Assembly: GCA_051382295.1 (NCBI GenBank)
Contig: JBBCAW010000023.1
Location: forward strand, 1 to 64,000
Source: Bdellovibrionota bacterium FG-1
Lineage (GTDB): Bacteria; Bdellovibrionota; UBA1018
Direction of reading: 5' to 3'
Length of the DNA stretch: 64,000 nt
The notes under the pieces were generated by a model. That model did not search any database. It had not been told where the DNA came from and saw only the letters and a list, made by a program, of their open reading frames with translations. This document shows, one piece after another, positions 19,630 through 28,172 of the stretch. How positions within the stretch are numbered: the first letter of the stretch is position 1; every line of letters begins with the position of its first letter. Made by a program: the position numbers and the translations under genes.

Positions 19630-20790
19630 ATGTGGTTTTTTTCTGATGAACAAAAAATGCTTCAAGAAACCGTGCGCCAATTCGCTGTCAGCCAATTGGC
19701 CCCTCGCATCGAAAAACTCGATCATGAGGAAGGTTTCAACCGTGAGTCTTTTTCCAAAATGGGTGAACTCGGCCTGCTCGGTATTACCGTTCCAGAAGAG
19801 GACGGCGGCGCGGGTCTCGGCGCGGTGGCCGCTACGATTACCATGGAAGAAATGGGGGCTGTGGATGCCTCGACCACCCTCTCCTATCTGGCCCACGCCA
19901 TCCTATGCGTCAACCAGCTTGGAAAAAATGGTTCAGCAGACCAAAAGAAGAAATACCTCCCCAAGCTCCTCAGCGGAGAACACATCGGCGGAATGGGGAT
20001 GAGTGAACCCGGCGCGGGCTCCGATGCGCTCGGCATGACCACCAAAGCGGTCAAACAAGGACAGGGTTACCTGGTCAATGGCACCAAAACCTGGATTACC
20101 AATGGTCCAATAGGCGATATTTTTTACGTTTACGCCAAGACGGGCCCGGGCAAAAAAGATCTTTCAACATTCATGATTGAACGCGGAATGAAGGGTTTTT
20201 CGACGGGTAAAAAATTCTCCAAAATGGGAATGCGCGCCTCGCCGACGGGCGAACTGGTCTTTGAAGATTTGACCGTGCCGCTCGCCAATCGCGTGAGTGA
20301 AGAAGGCGCCAGCGTCAAGCACATGATGCGCAACCTCGATATTGAACGCATCACAATTGCCGGAATTTCACTGGGGATCGCCCGCGCTTCGATTGAAGTG
20401 GCCACCCGTTACGCCAAAGAGCGCAAGCAATTTGGCAAGCCCATTGGCGCTTTTCAACAAATGCAGGAGCGCCTTACCGAAGCCGCCGCCTGGTACGAAG
20501 CCTGTCGTTGCCTGACCTACGACGCGGCCAAAATGTGGGATATGGGTTTGCTTGTCGGCAAAGAAGCCTCAACCATGGCCGCCAAAGCGAAGCTCCAAAG
20601 TGCACAAATGGCTACGCAAGTTGCGCTCGATGCCATCCAAATTTTGGGCGGCTACGGTTACACCCGCGAGTTTCCGGTGGAGCGCTACATGCGCGACGCC
20701 AAACTCATGGAAATTGGCGCTGGAACCAACGAAATTATGCGCGTGGTGATTGCTCGGCAAATGCTGGGCAATGAAGTGGTGGACGCGTAA
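19630..20790 (+). CDS. Acyl-CoA dehydrogenase (isovaleryl-CoA dehydrogenase-like)
   Basis: 'MSEPGAGSD', 'NGTKTWITNGP', 'GMRASPTGELVF', 'RDAKLMEIGAGTNEI'. Confidence 0.9.
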   Translation: MWFFSDEQKMLQETVRQFAVSQLAPRIEKLDHEEGFNRESFSKMGELGLLGITVPEEDGGAGLGAVAATITMEEMGAVDASTTLSYLAHAILCVNQLGKNGSADQKKKYLPKLLSGEHIGGMGMSEPGAGSDALGMTTKAVKQGQGYLVNGTKTWITNGPIGDIFYVYAKTGPGKKDLSTFMIERGMKGFSTGKKFSKMGMRASPTGELVFEDLTVPLANRVSEEGASVKHMMRNLDIERITIAGISLGIARASIEVATRYAKERKQFGKPIGAFQQMQERLTEAAAWYEACRCLTYDAAKMWDMGLLVGKEASTMAAKAKLQSAQMATQVALDAIQILGGYGYTREFPVERYMRDAKLMEIGAGTNEIMRVVIARQMLGNEVVDA

Positions 20791-20802
20791 ATTCGAACCC
20801 CA

Positions 20803-20916
20803 ATGAGGATGATGATTTTAAGTTTACTCATTTTATTATCGGCCCAATTGTTATTAGGATCAGTTGAGCCTCCAAAACAGGGCCCAACCGCTTCAACTGC
20901 CGGCCTGAGGCAGTAA
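20803..20916 (+). pseudogene. Signal-peptide-only ORF ending inside the first palindromic repeat unit
   Basis: MRMMILSLLILLSAQLLLGSVEPPKQGPTASTAGLRQ*. The stop TAA is supplied by the repeat (GGCAGTAA). Confidence 0.45.
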
Positions 20917-21108
20917 ACCGGTTTGAGATGGCGATGAACACGCTTTTCTGCCGTCCAGCGGCAGTAGATTGGGTTCAGTGGGGGGACAAAGACTTCTACT
21001 GCCGGTGCGAGGCAGTAAACGGAGCTGGGGTGAGGGTCAGCGGCCTGAGCTGCCGTCTAGCGGCAGTATATCCCACTGGCTCAAAGAAAATGAGCACCGA
21101 CGTCGGTG
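20897..21108 (+). repeat. Array of four CTGCC-N7-GGCAGTA palindromes at exact 51-bp period, plus terminal CACCGACGTCGGTG palindrome
   Basis: Units start at 20897, 20948, 20999 and 21050. A 14-bp palindrome lies at 21095-21108. Confidence 0.9.
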
Positions 21109-21120
21109 TCATCAAATACG

Positions 21121-22185
21121 TCAAATAGGAGAAAACCCCGGAATCCCAGGGGTTCCTGATTTATCCCAAGTCTGGCAACGGTCATCCACCGGGTTCTTCG
21201 ACTTGATCGCTTGCACTGCACGGTTCGTTTCGCACTCATTTAAGTCATAGTAACAAACACTTGCCGGATCATTTCCTAGACTGTAGGCGAAACAAAAGAG
21301 TGAAGCCACACAGCTCGAGGGATCTTTGTCAAAATAATCTGGCTTGATTCTCTCTTGCTCACATTCAGCCTGACCACCGTCAAAACACTTCACGGTCTCA
21401 ATTCGATGAGTCAGTCGGTAGAAAAAACACGAAGCGATTGAAGGAGCGGGTGCAGCGGGTTTTAAACCAGGAAAAGTCGAGGGCAGCTCAATTCCCTTAA
21501 CAACGGCCGGAAACAAATCGGCGGACGTTGGGACAAAAGGCCCTTCCAGTTCACCCAACATAAAATCTTTTTGATAACTTCCGCCAAATTGATATTCTAG
21601 AAGATGAACGAGTTCATCTGGCGTCAACGAAGTCGAACCTTTGATCCACTGCTGGGTTCCACAGGAGTGCACACAAGCCTGCATCTCATCGCCAAATCCG
21701 TTGCCTGCACAGAAGTCCGTGCAATTATCCACATTTGCATAGACTCTCATCGTAGCAACGACTGAATTAATTGCGGTGAGATCAAGATCGATCTTATCGC
21801 CCGCGCTACTATCCGAAAGGCAGTCATCCGCTTTCCACTGGCCATCCTTCAGATTCCAGTGAGTATTGAAATCTCCTGTTTCCGCTACATCGCCCCCGTG
21901 CCCAGTAGTGCCAGAAATATCGACGTCTTTTTTGGAACATTTTTGATGACCAGAAGCATCCTGAACATAAAGATCGCCATGACCGACGACCGCGACATCC
22001 ATATTCACAGTCTTCGCGTGCGAAGCCAGCATATGGTTAGGAAATATCAGCCGGCCACTCATATTAATGACCAAAGAGTCGGTGTCCGCGCATGCGCCCA
22101 CAAGAGCACTACTCAAAAGGGCCACGGATCCTAAAACGGAAAAACTGAATGATCTGGTCACGATACCTCCAACAAAATGACGCAC
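21121..22185 (-). CDS. Cys-rich putative lipoprotein, unknown function
   Basis: Signal with lipobox-like 'LVGAC', many paired Cys, AT-rich upstream region. Confidence 0.7.
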   Translation of the reverse strand: MRHFVGGIVTRSFSFSVLGSVALLSSALVGACADTDSLVINMSGRLIFPNHMLASHAKTVNMDVAVVGHGDLYVQDASGHQKCSKKDVDISGTTGHGGDVAETGDFNTHWNLKDGQWKADDCLSDSSAGDKIDLDLTAINSVVATMRVYANVDNCTDFCAGNGFGDEMQACVHSCGTQQWIKGSTSLTPDELVHLLEYQFGGSYQKDFMLGELEGPFVPTSADLFPAVVKGIELPSTFPGLKPAAPAPSIASCFFYRLTHRIETVKCFDGGQAECEQERIKPDYFDKDPSSCVASLFCFAYSLGNDPASVCYYDLNECETNRAVQAIKSKNPVDDRCQTWDKSGTPGIPGFSPI

Positions 22186-22310
22186 GTAGTTAATTTAGTA
22201 ACCCATTAACACACTAAATATAAATAGTTAATAATTATTTTCAGAAATCAAACGACCTTGGGATCAGTTTAGCCCTCAAAAAAGGGCCTAGCTGCGTGAA
22301 AAGAGGCTTA

Positions 22311-22358
22311 ACTGCCTGCCCGAGGCAGTAAATTCCACTGCCGGGAAGGATGAGCGCC
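22311..22358 (+). repeat. Single copy of the CTGCC-N7-GGCAG family with degenerate tail
   Basis: ACTGCCTGCCCGAGGCAGTAAATTCCACTG..GATGAGCGCC resembles 21050-21100. Confidence 0.8.
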
Positions 22359-22514
22359 AATCGCGGCGCCAATATCGTGAGTGGTAAATGCTTTATAGAT
22401 GAAGTTGAGGCCAAGTTCTCGGTAGAGAAAATTTTGGAATCGAGTACCAAAGTTGCCTGGCCTAGCAGCAAGAGACATACAGAGCTGAGTATCTTTGTTC
22501 ACACAGAGTTCCAT
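22350..22514 (-). pseudogene. N-terminal fragment of a shikimate dehydrogenase-like (SdhL/HI0607-type) gene
   Basis: 'NKDTQLCMSLAARPGNFGTRFQNFLYRELGLNFIYKAFTTHDIGAAI' matches the recalled family N-terminus. Similarity stops after ~54 aa at the repeat. Confidence 0.8.
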
Positions 22515-22622
22515 AGTGCACAGTTATCACCCAGGCGAGGGCTTTAAAAGCCGCCTTTTTTTGCTCACACCTTAAAATGATAACCCACTCCTAACCCTGG
22601 ATCCGGGTCAAAACCCAAGTGA

Positions 22623-23609
22623 CTATCGAGCAGGAGAGGAAGAAGGCGCTTCGCCGCTAGGAGTCCACTGAACGCTTGGATCAACGTCTTTTGGAGTCCT
22701 GGATTGACGTGATCTATGGCTCGACACGACCGAAAGCTTTTCGGAGGTGGACACACTGCTGGCTCCCTGTCCTGCTAGAGTGCTCTCCCAATAGCTTTTG
22801 CAACCATCGCTCGTCATGCGTCCCTGAACGTAGTCCTTCGGGCTCAAATAACGCTCTCGGTGGCCATAAACTTCCTCAAAGGTATATTGATGTCCATCAC
22901 TTCTCGGAGTGGTACCGATGCTAGCACAAATCTCGTTTCTACAAACCTGAAGCTGATGATCCTCATCATGAAGTGTAATGCTCTGATGGGCGACTGGGCT
23001 ATCCTGCTTCCATAACTCAAACGTTTTGCATACATTACTATGCCTAGTGAGAAAGCCTTCGTCAAAATCTTCACCTCTTTGGCAAATGCGTCTACGGATT
23101 TCACCCGACCTCAGAACTTCATCTTTATATCCAACATAATCTTCTTCCAGATTAGCAAACGACTCCATTTCGGGCGTGAGACAAACAAGCGTACTCCTGC
23201 TCACATCGTCCTCATGCAATCGATGCCATTTACCGGTCGGCCCACAATCTTTCCACTCATGCTTTTTCCTGAATTTCAAAAAACGCTCAAGAAGCTCCGA
23301 TTGGGAGATCGTACCGTGCTCGACAAACTTGATTCGTTCGAGATCAAACGGAGTAAAGCTCTTCTGATAATCATTGAGGACAGCGACGACTTCACGGGCA
23401 TGAACCTCGTCCTGAAATCTCTGATCCCATTGCTTAAAATTTGTCTGATATTCTTGGCTCGCCTTTTCTTGAATCAACTTGCAGATCTCCGGTGAGGGCC
23501 CATTCAAGACCTCCGGCATCCCTTGAGCCAAGCTCGTCCTGGCCCCTACGCCCATTTCTAAAACAATCAAAATTCCAAACAACAAAAAAGCCTTTTGATT
23601 AGTACTCAT
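22623..23609 (-). CDS. Secreted hypothetical protein with Ser-rich C-terminal tail
   Basis: Signal peptide ending 'SLA', several Cys, sigma54-like promoter upstream. Confidence 0.75.
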   Translation of the reverse strand: MSTNQKAFLLFGILIVLEMGVGARTSLAQGMPEVLNGPSPEICKLIQEKASQEYQTNFKQWDQRFQDEVHAREVVAVLNDYQKSFTPFDLERIKFVEHGTISQSELLERFLKFRKKHEWKDCGPTGKWHRLHEDDVSRSTLVCLTPEMESFANLEEDYVGYKDEVLRSGEIRRRICQRGEDFDEGFLTRHSNVCKTFELWKQDSPVAHQSITLHDEDHQLQVCRNEICASIGTTPRSDGHQYTFEEVYGHRERYLSPKDYVQGRMTSDGCKSYWESTLAGQGASSVSTSEKLSVVSSHRSRQSRTPKDVDPSVQWTPSGEAPSSSPAR

Positions 23610-23656
23610 AAACTACCCACCCTTCTTTAAAAAATAAAACCGATACTGAGGAAGGT

Positions 23657-23786
23657 AGCAACTCTTGCGCCATGCACTGGAATTGGATTTTTGTCTTTTA
23701 ACCTCAGACGTTATGACTCTCTTTGTGTCCGGATAAACACAGATCAGTCCCTCCGCTTTACTTTACAGCTGTCGAAATCTCAGACA
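23657..23786 (-). promoter_or_regulatory. Sigma-54 promoter with two upstream palindromic boxes
   Basis: Minus strand TGGCGC-AAGAG-TTGCT (GG-N10-GC, 23671-23658). TGT-N12-ACA box at 23724-23741 and TGTC-N9-GACA box at 23770-23786. Confidence 0.7.
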
Positions 23787-23790
23787 GGCA

Positions 23791-24564
23791 TCAACTGCCC
23801 GCGGCCGTAAATCCCTCGGGGCTGCTGTTCCGTTTTTGCAGAGCCTCAGTAATCTTCTGAGCCACGGCATTAGCCCAATCACGAGCAATGGGGACGCCAA
23901 TGTTCACGCGCTTTCCCTGAACCACGGCAAATAGACCATCATAATGGATCCCATCCCCCCCCTGCTCGGGGTAATGAGTCCACTCTCGACTATCGATCAA
24001 AGCGCAATCTCGCTGAGCGGCGATGTCTTTAAACACGCCATAAAATCCCTCTTGTTTTTCGGCGGAAATAAACCGCTCTGAGGGCGGTCCGATCCAAAAG
24101 CAGGAACTACCAGCCTCTTTAATCGCACCGAACATGCGGTCGAATTGTTTGCGAACCTCTTGCACCGAGGCGCGATAAAGATTAGCTCCCAACGCGACGA
24201 TCACCGCTGTCGGGTGATTCTGAGCCAAGAGCGTTTTAAGAAGTGGCGTCGAGGCGGTCTGACTGATTCTTGCCGGTCCTTGAATAGGATGCTGATAGGC
24301 ACCACAAGCCGTGCCCCGACCACTAAAATAGTTGATGGGCGACGCACCGCAAATTCCATAAGTAGCCACCTGAGCATCCGGGATTTGCCGAAGCGCGATG
24401 TCCAAAGTTTGACCAAACGTGCCAGCCGTATGGGAGTCCCCCACAACTAGCAAACTCGGGCCCGCCCCATCGTGAAGAGCCGTCTCGGCTTGCAAAGCCC
24501 CCGAAAAAAAAGCCAAAAAAATGACAGACAGCACCGAGAAAAACATCGTTTTTGAACTCGCCAT
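23791..24564 (-). CDS. Secreted SGNH/GDSL-family hydrolase
   Basis: 'VVGDSH', 'LGAN', 'WIGPP', 'DGIH'. Start ATG 24564 with signal peptide. Confidence 0.85.
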   Translation of the reverse strand: MASSKTMFFSVLSVIFLAFFSGALQAETALHDGAGPSLLVVGDSHTAGTFGQTLDIALRQIPDAQVATYGICGASPINYFSGRGTACGAYQHPIQGPARISQTASTPLLKTLLAQNHPTAVIVALGANLYRASVQEVRKQFDRMFGAIKEAGSSCFWIGPPSERFISAEKQEGFYGVFKDIAAQRDCALIDSREWTHYPEQGGDGIHYDGLFAVVQGKRVNIGVPIARDWANAVAQKITEALQKRNSSPEGFTAAGS

Positions 24565-24627
24565 TGCGCCAAACTCCTCTTTCTCATTCCATTTTACATG
24601 ATAATGGATTTGAATAGGAATCCCTCT

Positions 24628-25776
24628 ATGAACTTTGATGAAACTCCGATTCAAAAAGAACTTCGCGAACTTACTCGACGCTTTGCCCAAAAAGAGCTGG
24701 TCCCCATCGTCGAACAGGACGAGCACGAGGAGCGGTTTCGACCTGAACTCATTCAGGCCTTGGGCGAGTTGGGCCTCACCGGCATTCCCGTACCCGAGGA
24801 ATTCGGGGGAGCAGGACTGGGTTATCAAGAATATGCAGTCGCCATCGAAGAGATCGCCAAGGCCAACACCGGCTACGCCATTAGCGTATCGGTGACGGGA
24901 CTCCCTCAAGTCATCCTGAATCTTTTCGGCACCCCCGAACAGAAAAAGAAGTTCATCCCACCCCTCGCCAGCGGCCGTCATATCGGCGGGTTTAGCTTAA
25001 GCGAAGCCTCTTCCGGAAGTGATGCCGCAAGCTTACGTACCACTGCCACCCGCCAAGGAGATCACTATATCCTGAATGGCACCAAACTTTGGTGCACCCA
25101 GGGCGATATCGCCGAAACCATCATTGTCATGGCGCGCACCGGTGCGGCCGGCGTCTCCCCTTCCAAAGGAATTTCGGCTTTTATTCTCGAAAAAGGAATG
25201 CCGGGTTTTAGCTACGGCAAACGTGAGAAAAAAATGGGGTGCCACGTTTCGCACACCATGGAACTCGTTTTGAACAACGTGCGCGTGCCCATTGAAAACA
25301 GGGTTGGAAAAGAAGGCGATGGTTTTAAGGTAGCCATGACCGCCCTGGATAGTGGGCGCATCACGATTGGCGCAGGTGCCGTGGGAATCGCGCAAGGTGC
25401 CTTGGATTGCGCGGTCACTTACTCCAAGCAACGCGAACAATTTGGCAAACCCATTGCGGAGTTCCAGGGAGTTTCGTTTATGCTCGCCGACATGGCCACG
25501 CAAATTGCAGCAGCGAGACTGATGGTTCATCGCGCAGCCTGGCTCAAAGATAATGGCCAACCCTTTTCGATTGAGGCCGCAATGGCCAAGCTTTTTGCTA
25601 CCGATATGGCCATGAAAGTCACTACCGACGCCGTCCAAATCTTGGGCGGTGCGGGCTACACGCAAGACTTTCCCGTGGAGCGGTACATGCGCGAAGCCAA
25701 AGTCATGCAGATTGTCGAAGGAACTAATCAAATTCAACGAGTCGTCATCGGAAGATCACTGACTCAAGCCAACTAA
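24628..25776 (+). CDS. Acyl-CoA dehydrogenase (short/branched-chain type)
   Basis: 'FSLSEASSGSDA', 'LDSGRITIGA', 'REQFGKPI', 'AKVMQIVEGTNQIQR'. Confidence 0.92.
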   Translation: MNFDETPIQKELRELTRRFAQKELVPIVEQDEHEERFRPELIQALGELGLTGIPVPEEFGGAGLGYQEYAVAIEEIAKANTGYAISVSVTGLPQVILNLFGTPEQKKKFIPPLASGRHIGGFSLSEASSGSDAASLRTTATRQGDHYILNGTKLWCTQGDIAETIIVMARTGAAGVSPSKGISAFILEKGMPGFSYGKREKKMGCHVSHTMELVLNNVRVPIENRVGKEGDGFKVAMTALDSGRITIGAGAVGIAQGALDCAVTYSKQREQFGKPIAEFQGVSFMLADMATQIAAARLMVHRAAWLKDNGQPFSIEAAMAKLFATDMAMKVTTDAVQILGGAGYTQDFPVERYMREAKVMQIVEGTNQIQRVVIGRSLTQAN

Positions 25777-25790
25777 GGAGACTCACTCTT

Positions 25791-27125
25791 ATGATCACAG
25801 CTGCTCGCTTAGGAAGTGCCCCGATCACCCTCGACTGGTCCAATCTTGCCAACATCCCCGCAGGAACCACGCCCACGGCTCGAACGTTTACGGCCTCAAA
25901 AGAAGCACAAAATGAGGCCTCGACCGAAGCCTGGAATAAGCTAAAATTGCGTTTTTTATCGAAAGAAATCGGCTTTTTTAACCTTCCGATCAATGGGGAA
26001 CTTTCGCAGGTCCAAGAATCCCAAGCCCTCGCCAACGCGATTATTAAACGTGGCCAAATCACGGACTGCCTCGTTTTAGGAATTGGCGGAAGCGCTCTTG
26101 GCCCGATCTGTCTATTGCAAGCACTGCAAGACCGGTGCACTACGGGAATTCGATTCCATTTCATGGAAAACCCCGACCCCACGGATTGGAATGCAACCAT
26201 TCGGCGCCTCAATCCTGACACCACACTGGTTTGTCCTATTACTAAGTCGGGCACCACCTTTGAAACCATGGCCCAAATGCTTTTGGCCTTGGAATGGCTC
26301 GGAAAAGAACGCTGGAAATCGCACCTGGTCATCATTACGGATCCCGCCAAGGGGGATCTCAAAAAGTTTGCACTGGAACACGACATTCCCACCCTTCATA
26401 TTGCCCCCTCCATTGGCGGTCGGTTCAGTATTTTTACTCCCGTGGGGCTTTTCCCTGCCGCTTTGGGCGGTCTCAATGTCGAAGACTTTATGAATGGCGC
26501 CAAACAAGTTCGAGATTATGTTGAAAAAGCGCCAGTCGAAAAAAATCCGTTATTCACATTAGGAAGCGAGCTTATTCGGCATGCCGCACAGCGTCCTATT
26601 CACGTTTGTATGCCCTACTCCACTCGGCTCCGATCGGTGGGAAGCTGGTTTGTGCAAATCTGGGGCGAAAGCCTAGGCAAGGATGGAAAGGGCTTCACGC
26701 CGTTGGCTGCGGTGGGTGCGACCGATCAACATAGCATTCTTCAATTATTGAGAGACGGTCCAGATGATAAAATCACTCTTTTCGTCACTTTGGACCGAGT
26801 CGATAACGAGGTCACCATCCCAAAACTCGGGAGCCTCCTCGGCAAAACCCCGCTGCCCGCCTTTAAACTCCTAGAAGGGCATACCTTGCACGGACTCCTT
26901 CAGGTGGAATATCGGGCAATTTCGCGAGTTCTGACCAAACAGAGCCGCCCCAATGCGACCTGGCAGATGGATCGGCTGGATGAAAGATCCATGGGTGCCC
27001 TCCTGTTTGCCTTTTCGGTCTTGACCGCTTTTACGGGGACCCTTTGGGGAGTTGATCCATTCGATCAACCCGGCGTTGAAGAAGGAAAAATCTATATTCG
27101 TGACGCATTAAGTCATGAGAACTGA
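25791..27125 (+). CDS. pgi: Glucose-6-phosphate isomerase
   Basis: 'GIGGSALG', 'TKSGTTFET', 'GGRFS', 'WGESLGK', 'DPFDQPGVEEGK'. Confidence 0.93.
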   Translation: MITAARLGSAPITLDWSNLANIPAGTTPTARTFTASKEAQNEASTEAWNKLKLRFLSKEIGFFNLPINGELSQVQESQALANAIIKRGQITDCLVLGIGGSALGPICLLQALQDRCTTGIRFHFMENPDPTDWNATIRRLNPDTTLVCPITKSGTTFETMAQMLLALEWLGKERWKSHLVIITDPAKGDLKKFALEHDIPTLHIAPSIGGRFSIFTPVGLFPAALGGLNVEDFMNGAKQVRDYVEKAPVEKNPLFTLGSELIRHAAQRPIHVCMPYSTRLRSVGSWFVQIWGESLGKDGKGFTPLAAVGATDQHSILQLLRDGPDDKITLFVTLDRVDNEVTIPKLGSLLGKTPLPAFKLLEGHTLHGLLQVEYRAISRVLTKQSRPNATWQMDRLDERSMGALLFAFSVLTAFTGTLWGVDPFDQPGVEEGKIYIRDALSHEN

Positions 27126-27175
27126 CTTCATTCAGCCGTTGACGCTCGGAAGAGCTAGCGGTCATAATTAAGCCT

Positions 27176-28138
27176 ATGGTTTGTCCTCCCGATTCATCCG
27201 ATTCTTCAAATTCCTCCAATGATGGCGACGGTAGCGAAAAAACTGCCGTACTTCAAGGCGATCAAGAAACGCTACGCAAGGAGTTGGATAAGGCCAAAGA
27301 ACAGGAAGCTTGCCTCATCATCATTCGGGGAAGCCCGCAGGGGCATCGCTTTTTTGTCACTCAAGACGAGATGATCATCGGTCGCGACCCCTCGGCTGAC
27401 ATCAGTGTTGCGGACCCCAGTATTTCACGTAAACACGCCAAACTGACTCGCGAACCAGGACGAAAAGTGCGCCTCACCGACCTGGGATCTTCCAATGGAA
27501 CGTTCGTGAATGACAAAAAAGTCAATGCGAACGAATCCGTCGTGCTGGCCAAAGAAGACATGGTCAAACTCGGAAACTCGATTCTCAAATTTTTGCCGGC
27601 CGGCGAACTCGAAATTCTTTTTTACGGCAATTTGGGTTCGGCTGCTCACACCGATGGCCTCACCCGCATCTACAATAAAGGCTACCTTCTTGAGGCGCTT
27701 GAGGCTGAGTTTAAACGCGCGAAAGCCTTGCATACAGATTTTTCTATTGTTTTCTTTGACTTAGACCATTTTAAAAACGTCAATGACACCTACGGCCACG
27801 ATGCGGGAGATTACGTCCTCAAGGAATTTGCCTCCCTGATTCGCACTTGCCACTTGAGACCCAAAGACATTTTCGCACGGTATGGCGGCGAAGAATTTTG
27901 CGTTTTACTGTCCAGTACGGGCGCCAAAGCCGGCTTAGAGCTCGCCGAAAAAATGCGGGCGGCCGTCGAAGCCCATGCTTTTATTTACGAAGGCAAACGA
28001 CTGTCGATTACCACGAGTATGGGGGTCGCCGAACTTAGCTCAGGCGTGGAATCCGCACAAACCTTACTTAAAGCAGCCGATAAAGCCCTTTACGCAGCCA
28101 AACAGGGTGGCCGAAACCGCGTCATGGCCGCAAGTTAG
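27176..28138 (+). CDS. FHA-GGDEF diguanylate cyclase (DgcB-like)
   Basis: FHA motifs 'IGR', 'SRKHA', 'DLGSSNGT'; GGDEF motifs 'DLDHFK.VNDTYGH', 'RYGGEEF'. Confidence 0.92.
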   Translation: MVCPPDSSDSSNSSNDGDGSEKTAVLQGDQETLRKELDKAKEQEACLIIIRGSPQGHRFFVTQDEMIIGRDPSADISVADPSISRKHAKLTREPGRKVRLTDLGSSNGTFVNDKKVNANESVVLAKEDMVKLGNSILKFLPAGELEILFYGNLGSAAHTDGLTRIYNKGYLLEALEAEFKRAKALHTDFSIVFFDLDHFKNVNDTYGHDAGDYVLKEFASLIRTCHLRPKDIFARYGGEEFCVLLSSTGAKAGLELAEKMRAAVEAHAFIYEGKRLSITTSMGVAELSSGVESAQTLLKAADKALYAAKQGGRNRVMAAS

Positions 28139-28172
28139 TCGTTGCGCCTGATCAACAAACCTTGATAACGGA

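Noticed and set aside
20897..21071. Calling the 51-bp array a true CRISPR
   Set aside because: Repeats are short, alternate and vary in the loop. A spacer is partly conserved at another locus (37352-37385), and no cas gene or leader is seen. Kept as a repeat family.
20928..21250. Small ORFs over the repeat array, and similar ORFs at 34474-34856 and 37297-37689
   Set aside because: Their shared peptides (e.g. CxxAAVN, LPxxGS) are translations of the repeat. No SD or family support.
24565..24981. N-terminal 138 aa of the 396-aa ORF 23791..24981
   Set aside because: Antisense to the ACAD gene. The real SGNH start with signal peptide is at 24564.
25033..26507. Minus-strand ORFs of 234, 215 and 131 aa
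   Set aside because: Antisense shadows of the acyl-CoA dehydrogenase and pgi.
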